A stretch of DNA of 64,000 nt from Hormiphora californensis. Lineage: Eukaryota; Animalia; Ctenophora. The translations under genes were made by a program, and so were the position numbers. This document shows positions 50,501 through 64,000 of this stretch, piece after piece. The DNA is taken from positions 2,666,001 to 2,730,000 of the forward strand of contig CM035359.1 of NCBI GenBank assembly GCA_020137815.1, read 5' to 3'. The notes beneath the pieces were generated by a model. That model worked only from the letters and a program-made list of their open reading frames with translations. It had not been told where the DNA came from and did no database searches. Within the stretch, counting starts at the first letter, position 1, and each line of letters begins with the position of its first letter.

Positions 50501-51981
50501 CCCTTCTCTCCCCTCTCAGTTACTATGTTGTGACCCCTTCTCTCCCCTCTCTCTCAGTTACAACTTACAATCCTGAGACCCCTTCTCTCCCTCTTTTGAC
50601 CCCTTCTCTCCTCTCTTGACCCCTTCTCTCCCACCTCTCTCAGTTACAACTTACAATCCTGAGACCCCTTCTCTCCCTCTTTTGACCCCTTCTCTCCTCT
50701 CTTGACCCCTTCTCTCCCCTCTCTCTCAGTTACAACTTACAATCCTGAGACCCCTTCTCTCCCTCTTTTGACCCCTTCTCTCCTCTCTTGACCCCTTCTC
50801 TCCCACCTCTCTCAGTTACAACTTACAATCCTGAGACCCCTTCTCTCCCTCTCTTGACCCCTTCTCCCCTCTCTTGACCCCTTCTCTCCCCTCTCTCTCA
50901 GTTACAACTTACAATCCTGAGACCCCTTCTCTCCCTCTTTTGACCCCTTCTCTCCTCTCTTGACCCCTTCTCTCCCACCTCTCTCAGTTACAACTTACAA
51001 TCCTGAGACCCCTTCTCTCCCTCTTTTGACCCCTTCTCTCCTCTCTTGACCCCTTCTCTCCCACCTCTCTCAGTTACAACTTACAATCCTGAGACCCCTT
51101 CTCTCCCTCTTTTGACCCCTTCTCTCCCCTCTCTCTCAGTTACAACTTACAATCCTGTGACCCCTTCTCTCCCTCTCTTGACCACTTCTCTCTCCCCACA
51201 GTTGCAATGTTGTGGTCTCAGAGTGGGCTGGGGTGACTGGAACAAAACTTCTGGGTACGCTGAGGAGTGGATCAAAACTCACACTGTTGACACCCCTGAT
51301 TCATGCTGTGTCAAGGGCAAGGTGGGTTATTAATTGTAATTATTCCATCCCCCTCTTTCGTAGGCTTCGCGTGGCTGGTGGAGGGGTGACCGCGTGGGGT
51401 TTTGATTATTGTACTTGCTCCCTGTGCAGTGGCTCACACCGCTCTGTGATCAGGGTTGGGTAGATCAACCTGCAGCTCGTCCACACATGTTCTCCCCTCT
51501 CTAGATATAAACACATTGCTTGTCTAGATAAACTCCTAACACATGTTCTCCCCTCTCTAGATTGCAACACACTGTGGGTTCGGGCAGGCCACACCACTGG
51601 CAGATGAGGACGATAGAATTGTTTACACTGAGGTGAGTCTACCCTCTTTCCAATTATTAATAGTTTAGGGGGCTGGGGGTCCAGCCCTAAAAGATCCCAC
51701 CATTGCCCTGATTTTGGCCGATTGACTTCACTTTTTAAACGGCCCGCCCCTCCTTGCCCCTCTCTATCTCCCCATCCCCTCTCTGACTCCCCATCTCCCC
51801 CAAACTCCCCATTTACGGCCCTCCCCATCTCATGCAGGGTTGTATTGACAAGTTCTACAGTTGGATAGATGGAAAAGTTAGCAGTGTGACGATCATTGCC
51901 ATCGCTAACTTTGTTTCCCAACTAACCAGCGCCGTGTTCCTCTTCATTCTCCGACTCAGCATGAAAACCATCACCTTCTGA
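44553..51981 (+). CDS. Tetraspanin, 279 aa
   Basis: 8 phase-consistent exons: 44553-44687, 44876-44966, 45068-45165, 45283-45357, 49342-49446, 51202-51321, 51561-51632, 51838-51981. KLLKYSNFIF TM1, four TM segments, and IDYMQTTLQCCG, PDSCC and TEGC motifs in the large extracellular loop. Confidence 0.93.
45590..46610. repeat. 508-bp tandem duplication with ACGTG junction microhomology
   Basis: 45590-46097 is repeated almost exactly at 46098-46605. ACGTG lies at 45590, 46098 and 46606. Confidence 0.9.
46275..48986. mobile_element. ~2.7-kb foldback element in tetraspanin intron 4 (~1.15-kb inverted arms, internal ~22-bp subrepeats, piggyBac-like right end)
   Basis: 46280-47443 is the reverse complement of ~47826-48980. 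The right end is AAGGG-TTAA; the left terminus is degenerate. Confidence 0.85.
49690..51201 (+). repeat. Intronic minisatellite derived from the exon-6 splice acceptor (36-bp, then ~86-bp units)
   Basis: Unit CCCTTCTCTCCCCTCTCTCAG|TTACAATGCTGTGGC versus the real site CTTCTCTCTCCCCACAG|TTGCAATGTTGTGGT. Confidence 0.9.
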
Positions 51982-52451
51982 GAGATCAACATGGTTTCCA
52001 GGAAACCAGAAAGGAGAGTTTACTGATCTTTGGAGATATGGATCTGATCAGCAAGATACATTATATTGGGTATGTTCAGCATGTGACAGAGACAATATAT
52101 ATACAAACCAGATACCCTGCACTGTGTCGCATGTGACAGAGACAATGTACAAACTAGACTGTGACGACCCGGCCCTTGAAGTTGACGGCTTCCACTCCCT
52201 TATTTAACAACGATTCAGAAACGAATCATCGTACCATGTTTTGTTTTAACTGATTACACATATTTAAACGTACAGCGACAGACTTACAAACAAATGTCAT
52301 AAAATATTTTTTTGTCGAGCAACACAATTCATCTCAAAATGTCTCTATCAATATTGTTGTGGCTTGCAGCTCCCCACCGTCGGGGCACTTTTGGTCCTTT
52401 TTGGCACGCTATAACCTATCTGCACCACCACCACCACAAGTCCAAACTCTG

Positions 52452-55159
52452 CTACAAAGTGCTGGCTACCATCAAACTATTAGTCCTTGTATTGATACTA
52501 GGTTTCTCCAGCACGGCTGCAGAACTAAACTCAGGCTCCCCTCGTCCCCTAGCAACACTATACTCAGATTCACCTCCCCTAGTAACCGAACAATATCCCC
52601 TAGCAACGCCATACTCAGATTCACCTCCCCTAGTAACCGAACAATCGCCCCTAGTTACCTCAGTTACCGAATACCCTCCCCTCTCCATGACACCGCGTGG
52701 TGAATCCTCACACACCATCCTAGCCCTCCTCCACTGATCTCCACACGGCGACTCCTTCCTTCTCCTCCACACAGCCGGACTCCGTGGTATCTGCTGCATA
52801 TCTTTCAACGTCCTGGCCATTTGCCCCTTCATCCCTGCTATCCGGAAATAGTATACCACGGGGTTAACAGTAGCGTTGAGAATTACACAGACAGGGTTGA
52901 AAAACACACCCAAGTAGAATTCTCCGATACTCTTGTCCATGTTCCATCGTATAGTGTTAAAGATTAAGTAAACCCAGTATGGAATGTTAAACAACATGTA
53001 AACCACGGTTACTATCACTATGGTTACGGTTGCCCGGTGTTTCAGATTGTTTCTTAGGGCGCTGGCAGAGGTGGTTATCTTTGGGATGAGGGGGCCGTGT
53101 GCCCGGACTAGACGGATTGAGACTGCACATGATGTAACGACGGGTGGGGCGGGAATCAGGAAGGGGAGGACGAGAAGGAAGAAGCAGATTAGTTGTTGGG
53201 TGGCGGTTGCGCGGTTAGGGAAGACATCCTCCAGGTACCTGGAGGAGGGAGGGAGTGTTGTTAGTGTGACTGTGAACATAAAGTAGTTGTGGGAGAAAAA
53301 GAAGATGTGTTAAGAGAGAAGTATAAGAGGGAAGAAAGGACGAGATCGAGAATGAGAGGGGGTTTGATTGGTCCTAAGATTATGAGGAAGCCTTTTGGCT
53401 GGACAAGATTCTAGCAGAACATGATAAATAAGAGAGCCTTGTTTGAACTTGTGTGTTTCTAAACTTACCATAAGCACATGCACCAGTTGGGATCGTAGTG
53501 GTATCTTTTACCTCCCACTAGATAGGGTAGACTCGCCTGTGCTATCTAGACGGGGGTGAGAGATATGATAGGGATTAGAAATCTAGTAGAGGGGTATGTT
53601 AGATTTTAGAAAATACAGTAGGGGGGTGAGAGGGAATCTTTAGTAGGGGGAAGTTGATATTGAGGTCAAGAAGTTAGTGGTTTTGGTGTTGATGCCAACC
53701 CCTTTTGCGTAGTTGAGGGGTGACTGTGTCACCAAGTTATTTTGGTTTTGATTTGGTTAGAGGATTCAACTACCCTGCCTTGCTAATTAGATAATTAACT
53801 GATTTAATTAACTAGATACCTGGATAATTAGTAGGAGTGCCAGCACTAACAAGACGGACTTCCTTCGAATCCTTCGGAAAGGAAATACCAAAGAGTAGCT
53901 CCTCAGTACGCTCTGAGAATAGGCAGATGTTAGTACGCTCTGAGATGTTAGTACGGTATAGGTAATTTGGTCAGGACAGACGGATAGATCTTCCTCCTAA
54001 GACCCTAAATGTCAGAACAGAAAGGAACGTGGGTGCTCTCTCTTTATGAGTAGCTCTACTGCTGTGATCAGTAACATGTATTCCTAGATGGTAGATATTA
54101 CACTACGACAGACTGGATTATTAATATTACTTGCTATGTCGTCATAACACACAACTCTCGAGATCTCCCCTCCTACCATTGTGATGTTCTAACCCTCATT
54201 TACAACTTGTAATATTACATACAGTGAGAGAGGGTCAAGCAAGACAATATCACTCTATGTTCTAAGGCCCCAGTTAGAGATTCACTCTGCTGCTGACACT
54301 GCGCGCAGCGCTACTTTCAATGCAATTCACATCGAAATTCCTGCTAGTCATCGAAGATGTCGCGCGCAGCATGGTTCTCCCAGCTAACTACTGGTGTCAG
54401 TTTCCTGCAGCCTGGTGTCAGTTTCCAATCTGCAACTGGAGCGTAACACTCCAACTGAAAGAGGTTCGATACCACTCTGAAATTATAGCTATACCTGTAG
54501 AGCTACCAATAGAACGGAAAGTCTACTGGATATGTTGTAGAGGTATCCAAAGACGTTACAGAGTATTCCATCTTGTAACCCCAAGTCATGAGATCTGTAC
54601 GTCCTGTGCGGGGAGTTGTTGGGTTACTAAACAAAATAGGAGGGAATAGAAGGGTTTTTTAGATTAAACTTTTGCTTCATTGGTTTCGATCCTCGATTGG
54701 GTATCGCCATTCGACCTGTCTGGCGGCGCGATAACCCGTTTTAACAGTGCGCTCAGATCGGTTTGGCGCCACCTGACAGCATACGACCGAGATACGATCT
54801 CACCAGGGCCGGGTACATGTACGTATACACCTACCTAGCAAGGCCAGTATGGATACTGGATGTGGTTGTGATAATATCAGTCGCCACCATTGAAAGATAA
54901 ACAATATTAGAGAGGTTCTTCAGGTCCCTCGCAAAATACCTGCAACAAAATAAAAGTATAAAACATCTAAACAGATGAAAAGTTTTATGAAGGAGCAGTA
55001 GTGTATTTACTACCTAATGGACAACAAGTTAGCGACGGTTCCAAAAAGGCACGCTAGGAGGGTAGTAACACCAAGAACCAAGTCAAGGGATGGCTCTATG
55101 TAGAGATCCGGTGAGGTATGGTTATCTGATAGGGTATCTGTACCTTCATACTCTGTCAT
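52452..55159 (-). CDS. Class A (rhodopsin-like) orphan GPCR, 438 aa
   Basis: Exons 55159-55014, 54939-54835, 54603-54495, 53912-53820, 53545-53469, 53238-52452 (1317 nt). Motifs GTVANLL, MVATD, ILCNVFG..SVLR.YSLVFPF, FNIPYW, LNATVNPVVYYFR. The C-tail carries a 51-bp tandem repeat. Confidence 0.92.
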
Positions 55160-56161
55160 ACTAAGTGGGGATGTTATTTTGAGAGTTTTAAGAAAGATGG
55201 AAGTTAATGGAACCCCAAAATCGGAACAAGGGAGAGAGAATATATATTATATTTTGGGTGACAAGTCCCATGTTCACAGTAAACAGTGCAGTTGTAGTAC
55301 ATGTTAATATATAGGGAGACGGCACACTGAAGTTGCTTGTGTCTCGTCCCTCATATCGTCGACCTAGCTCCCCATAGTAAAACTAATATAATAGGGACCC
55401 GGACACACAGGCAAGAGCAACAACATCAGTCAACAACAGCATGATCTATTATTACGTCAACCCCCTGTACTAGCTCCAAGTATAATACTGCAACACTGAT
55501 TATATCACCCCTCCTCCACACTCCCGACATACCTACATGTACATTGTAAATTGGCACCTATGATGATACAGCTCACCTTACTATGCAGCCCTCTATCTCT
55601 CTACTCAGCATCATCTCTTTGTCCGGTGTGTCTAATTCTGTATCACTCTCTGTCTGACCCCCCCCCCCCCCCCGTGTATACATCGCATGGTGTATCTCTA
55701 ATAGTCAATGTAACTAGGGTGCAGTATGACCGCGTGTATAATTACAAGTGTTGTACCATCCATATTCTACCAATCTACAATTGCGCCCTTATACCAATAT
55801 TATACCTACCAGGCTAGGGCCTTTCTATACCTATCTCTACTAGCGGGTTCAAGATCATGGTACATAATAATAACAGTCGTTCTAACAGTTGTATTAGAAA
55901 TGCAAACAAAGAATGAAAACAAAGAATGAATTTAACAAAGAATGAAAACTGACCATAATAAATTACAGCACCACTGCGGATGTGATGCGGAAGTGATCTG
56001 TGATTTAATGGTGGTACCACATTAAATTGTCATTAAAGCTCGAGAGCTAAACCAATATCATATTGAGCTGGACTAGTTATTGGATACATGACCAAGACGT
56101 ATTAAAATGAACAAATAAAAAGTAAGATACAACGACGGGCTTGTTTATAGCTCTATAATGT

Positions 56162-56622
56162 GGGGGGGGGGGGGGCCTGCCGCAAGAATCTCAGCTATCC
56201 TATTTTTGGCCGATGAGATTTTTGGGAAAATTTTCTCAATTACGTTTGAGATTTTTGAGATTTTTGTGGTAAATTCGCACAATTTAATCGACCAATACTC
56301 AGTTTTTCGTCATATTTTTTAGCTGAAAACCAGACCATACTATTAATTTAATAACCTAATTAGGTCATTAGTTGTATTTTAGCTTTTTATTAACTTTTGT
56401 ATTAGAACACAAGGAAAGTTTCTATTCAGATTTTCGATTTTTGGGAAAAAAACACAAGGATTGTTTCTATCCCAAATTTTAGGATGGAAAAATCGCAGAT
56501 TTACCTCAAAAATCTCAGAAATCTCACGGTTTTTGGGCAAAAATCGAAAATCTCAGAAATCTCAGCTACCCTGAAAATCGCCAATGAGGCATGAGATTCT
56601 TGCGGCAGGCCCCCCCCCCCCC
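56162..56622. mobile_element. MITE with poly-G/poly-C-tipped TIRs and a 6-7-bp TSD
   Basis: TAATGT-(G)nCCTGCCGCAAGAATCTCA ... TGAGATTCTTGCGGCAGG(C)n-TAATGT. Confidence 0.8.
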
Positions 56623-56688
56623 TAATGTGTAAGAAAAATGGATAGGGATCCCTCCCTGATCCCTCTTTGTATTAATTATAGATGCAGG

Positions 56689-56780
56689 GGCTCTTTTCTG
56701 AACAGGTTTATGAAGATTCTTAGGAACTTATAAAGAAAAAAGTTAAGAATCTTCCTAAGAAGAAAGTTCAGAAAAGAGCC
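56689..56780. mobile_element. Small hairpin MITE with GGC...GCC ends
   Basis: GGCTCTTTTCTGAAC ... GTTCAGAAAAGAGCC. A fragment lies at ~59320-59345. Confidence 0.55.
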
Positions 56781-59202
56781 ATGGGTAGAGAGCGAGTTAA
56801 TGTTGTTTGAAACACATTACTAAAAACGTTGTAGCTGATACCAACAAGCATTGTGTTATCAATATATACTAGCTAAGCTACCACCAACGAATACAAGGAT
56901 CTAGAACATGACCACACACACACGGTGTATAGATGAAAACCAAACCAGTAAACCACAAAGCACAATTGTTTAAATACACAGGGAGAAAGGAAGATCTACT
57001 GATCCGGAATTAGGAGATATGATCTTTTACGGAAATTTCATCAAAAATACAGAAATGACACGGTTAATGATTCCAGGTCTAACATCGTTAGTCCTGTTTT
57101 AATTTACCAATCGATGGAAAAGCAGATCAGTTCTGGGCGATTAAAGTTATTATCACTGATGCGTTATAATGATTAAACCGTGCGTGTAAATTGCTCCAAC
57201 GAGCTGGCACAGATATCTCTCTTCTTGAATGCTAGTTTCCAACAGATATCTCCTCTCCATTGGATATCATAGCAGTCAAAAGGACGCCTGATAATTAAAA
57301 AATACAGGACCAATTGGCTCATTTATTACCACCGCTAGTTGGTCATGTAATGATATTGCATTTAGTTATGATATCCGACAGTTAAATGACACATTCAGGA
57401 TAGGAAGATCGATATACCGTGACATTTTCAATATGTCACCATGTGTATTATAGTGCACGTGTTATACTATACGTGTTCGCATAGTTAAAATGACTCATGT
57501 CATCCATTATCGATCACACCGTGAGATCCTGACTTGTTAAGTTGACAGAACTGAACTAGAACTTGACCAATCAATGTCTATAATAGCTCCCAGATCTTGT
57601 TGAGTAAGTAACCCAGACCGGGGATAGAAGAACTACAACGACTGAGTACAAAGCAATGACTGAGTAGAAAGCAATGACTGAGACAACTGCAGTACAACTA
57701 CAAAGCAACGAACGGTTTTATTTCTCCATCCAAAGAGTCTAGACTACTGATTACTGTCAGCACTCAACTGATGTTGCAGCTGCATCAACCGACAAGACAT
57801 CAAATCAAAGTTTCTTTTCTTACAGATTCGATATATTCAGTGAATTAGGAGTGGATTAAATCGCCACCTGGCACCTCAGTACTACATATTTGACCTTTCA
57901 AATCAAGGTAAAGTCTGCCGAAATATTTACTGTTACTTTTGCCATCTGGGGATTGGAGACAGGAGAGAACTTTGTCGAAAATGAATAGTGCCCCACAATG
58001 ATCATTGAACAAGTTTATATGCCATATAACCGTATAACTAGTGGTGGAGCTGGTTCAATACACAGAGCCTGATTAATACGGAATCAGGAGCTAACTGTCG
58101 CCAACTAATCTCTTCGTTTATTGTAACAGTCCAACTGTCTCTCTCTCTCTAGCACCCTCTCTCAGTCTCTTCTGTCTGTCTGTCTTCTCAAGATTTCTAC
58201 ACATGTGGAGGTGGAGAGAGAGAGAGATAGAAGATAGAGAGAAAAGGATAGTGGGATTAATCTGCACTCTGCGTCGGTCCCACGAGCAATACTATTCTCA
58301 TTTCATGTTCATTTCGGCCATAGAACATGTGCGTGGAGGAGCTCCATTTAGAGAGAGTTGTAACTGTGAGGTAGTAGACAGAGCTGCACACAGTCTGCTG
58401 CACTTGTTCACAATTCAATGCATGTGGTTATCCTTGCATAGAAAAGGCAGGGATGGGGATTTTATGTGATCAGTTTCGCGAATGTCAGGCCAATTTGCTC
58501 TGACCACGGTCCTCGCCATACCTTATTTGAAAGAAATGAGAATAGGGTAAAGCCAATGCTCTGACAGCGAACATATAGAAGTAGACTGAAAACACGGCGA
58601 GAAAGAACTAGAAAGTAATCAAGAATAAAATGGGGTCATCTCCCGGTTAACCTCTCAGCTATCTAATATCCATGGATAGGGAGAGTTATTGGTCAGTCCT
58701 TCTCTCTCTCTCTCTCCCTCCCTCCCTCCCTCTCTCTCTCCCTCTCTCTCCCTCTCTCTCCCTCTCTTTCACTTGTAACATAAGGTGTAAGATATTAATC
58801 AGGGATATATGTTCAAAACTGATCGTTACATCGGCGAATAGGAGCTGAGAGAGAAGAGACCTATGGCTATCGGAGTTTGTCAGGCCAATGATCTAACTGC
58901 ACTGTTCTCACGCGAACAAAAATGGGTCAGCTGCCAATTCTTCGACAGTTCAGACTCATGGCTGAAGGCAAAAGACTGTCCTGTCTCCGAACTGATGCAC
59001 TACGTTACAAGTAGTAGCTAAAGGGATCGAGATGATAATATAATTTTCTCTATTCAATTATTATTATTATATTCAACCATGATTGTAGAATTGTAGAACG
59101 CTTGAATACTCAACCTAGATAATATAAGCAACTCCTGCGCTTATGTGCTATTTTCTGTGCTAGGTAGGCTACACAAGGTTTATGGAATTATAGATGTCGG
59201 CA

Positions 59203-59238
<36 letters not shown>

Positions 59239-59450
59239 TGAAAGGAAATGGAGAGAGAGAAAAAAAGAGATGAACCCCTACCAGGATGAGCTAGTAAGTT
59301 GAGTGCAGGTTCAAGGTATGATCTTCCTAAGAAGAAACTTCAGAACGGAGTCCAAGAAGTCAGAATTAATCACGGTGTCAACAAACTACCAACCTATCTC
59401 ATCTGTGCTTTCTACTGAACCTCATTACCCTCCTAAATCTATATGTTGTG

Positions 59451-59538
<88 letters not shown>

Positions 59539-59608
59539 CTCTCTCTCTTCCCCCTTTTCTCTCTCTCTCTCTCCTATTTTTCTCTCTCTCTCTCCCTTTC
59601 TCTCTTCA

Positions 59609-59646
<38 letters not shown>

Positions 59647-60425
59647 TTTGTAACCATCTTCTCAACTTCCATGATTGCTACCCCCTCTCCTAGACGGAAT
59701 TAGATCAAACTTGTTTATAATTATTGGGACTGGGCAGAAGCTGAAACATGAAGTGGCGGTGGTACCTGCTGTGATCAACTCGGCACCTGCATGTACTGAG
59801 AAGAGCTGCATTTCAAGCATTGTTCATGATCCGTTCTTCTCCACCTCCCTTCAACTCTCTTCTCTCTCTCTTTTCTTTCTCTCTCTCTCCCTCTCCTCAC
59901 TCTCCCCTCTCTCTCTTCTATCTCTCTCTTCTCTCTCTTCTCTTCTCTCTCCTCTCTCTCTCCTATCTCTCTCTCTCACTCCTATTCATGTGATTATCTG
60001 ATTGGAACTTGAGGTACTACCAACAACTTGACAAGCACAAATAATACATGTGATGCTAGGAAAACACAACATGGTGATCATGACACACACTTCTGATAAC
60101 ACACGTTGAGCAAATCTTATCCAACCCGGGATATATTATACTAGCTCTGTGTAACATGTTCATTATTGTGTCGATATTCCATAGAACCAGGAGACATGAG
60201 TTGTCGAGTCTCCAAGAGAGATGTAAAGATAATCGAGATGTTAATACCAACTATGAATGAGATCTGATCAGGTTTTGTCAGAAATCTCATATTAGTTCGA
60301 TGGACTGTTCATTCATTGGAAGACGGGTTTGTTGTAGAAGAATTTTAGATGAAGGCAGGATGGGAGAGACGTGGGAGATTAAAGAGGTTTGCGGGTTCCT
60401 AGTGACAAATTGTGATTGCCAAATA

Positions 60426-60838
60426 GCACAGCTATCAGACCGATCCTGCTGTACAGTACATACTCTACAGCAGGATCGGTCTGATACAGCCTGTAGAGTG
60501 TAGAGTGTGGACTGTAGACCCATTGAGAGGGCGTGTACCATCTAGTAACGGCGGGGTACGTGATGTATGAAGTGAGAGAAGGGGGACACTACACCCAAGA
60601 AGTGGTTTGGTTGATCACCTACATGGGCCTTGTATAATTACCGTAATGAACTTCTGAGGTTAGAGATCTGATTTGAACGGCAGGTATTATTTGTTGAGTA
60701 ATGGGTGGAGGAGTAGTAGTAATCCATTTGATGAAATGAGGGCCAGGTATTTATCAATAAACCTACTAATGTTTAATTCGACGTTCGATTGATTAGCGAT
60801 TGATATCATCCGTTAATCAATCGAACGTCGAACTAAAG
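60426..60838. repeat. Two short perfect-stem hairpins (~60433-60487 and ~60772-60838)
   Basis: tatcagaccgatcctgctgta/tacagcaggatcggtctgata and ttcgacgttcgattgatta/taatcaatcgaacgtcgaa. Confidence 0.8.
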
Positions 60839-61499
60839 TTTAGTATATTAATTAGTCAATTGGTGGTAAGGCCCGAGGGGGGGTCTGTCATCTTGAAGTT
60901 TAAAGTACTTTAGTCTGGATATGAAGTATAGATACTCTTCATATATAGTACATAACGTTCTGCACGCAGTGCAAGCGCGCCATATACGCTCTGCACTGCA
61001 GAGCGTATAGGAGGGAAAAAGACGACAGGGGAGGGGTGGAGTGCTTTCACATTATATTGCACAGTGAAAGAGTGCGTATAGGTGCGGGCGGGGGACATGC
61101 CGTGAGGACGTTTTTTGATATATATTCCGCGAGAAAACACAGACAAACAAAAAAATAAATTTTTGGGTGGTTACACACAGGAGATGGACAAAAGCAAAGA
61201 CAAAAAATCAAAAAACATACAAAGAGACTAAAAAAACACTGTACATGTTTTAAAAACAAGAGGACTTATTTTGAAAGTTTTAAAAAGTGAAAAAAAGAGA
61301 GGAAATAAGAGATACGAGAAGGGAGATTTGGAATTTTGGGAAAAAGCAAACAACAAAAACGTGATAAGGGATAATTGAAAAGAGAAAGAGGGGAGTGAGG
61401 GAAAAAATGGCAGATGTGTGCGTGTTGTACCTTGTCGTAATATTTTGTGTTTTTGTGTGAAAAAAACACTGCGAAAATTTATTTTCCTTAATTATACCC

Positions 61500-64000
<2,501 letters not shown>

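Noticed and set aside
57826-57908. AG...GT-bounded exon-like segment on the plus strand
   Set aside because: Stops in all three frames and no linked CDS found. It could be a non-coding exon, but I cannot support that.

Overview
Eukaryotic (animal) genomic DNA, intron-rich and repeat-rich. It is most likely a cydippid ctenophore (Pleurobrachia-like). That assignment is an inference from the GPCR family motifs and from short interspersed repeats I recall from Pleurobrachia; I could not verify it by search. Genes I rebuilt by hand with phase-consistent GT-AG introns: a 14-exon, 661-aa five-Ig cell-surface protein (minus strand) with a furin-type prodomain and a GPI-type C-terminus, plus two further Ig exons that suggest a longer isoform; a frameshifted LDLa-7TM (GRL101/LGR-like) receptor whose tail is a 24-bp minisatellite; two tandem LC8 dynein light chain genes; an 8-exon tetraspanin; a 6-exon class A GPCR; the start of a sulfatase; and two tentative small secreted-protein genes. 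Many non-autonomous DNA transposons (pogo/Tc1-, Mutator-, piggyBac- and CMC/Chapaev-like) form long hairpins. Three stretches (~730-4700, ~25750-30620, ~61500-64000) look like unpolished, homopolymer-inflated consensus and cannot be read reliably. The most striking pattern is that 3' splice sites, with the first exon bases, are repeatedly duplicated or tandemly amplified just upstream of the real acceptor, at 8 acceptors in three genes. Other highlights: the DLC pair has near-identical exons but unrelated introns and a possibly dicistronic layout, and one ORF carries 16 YPWFG repeats.
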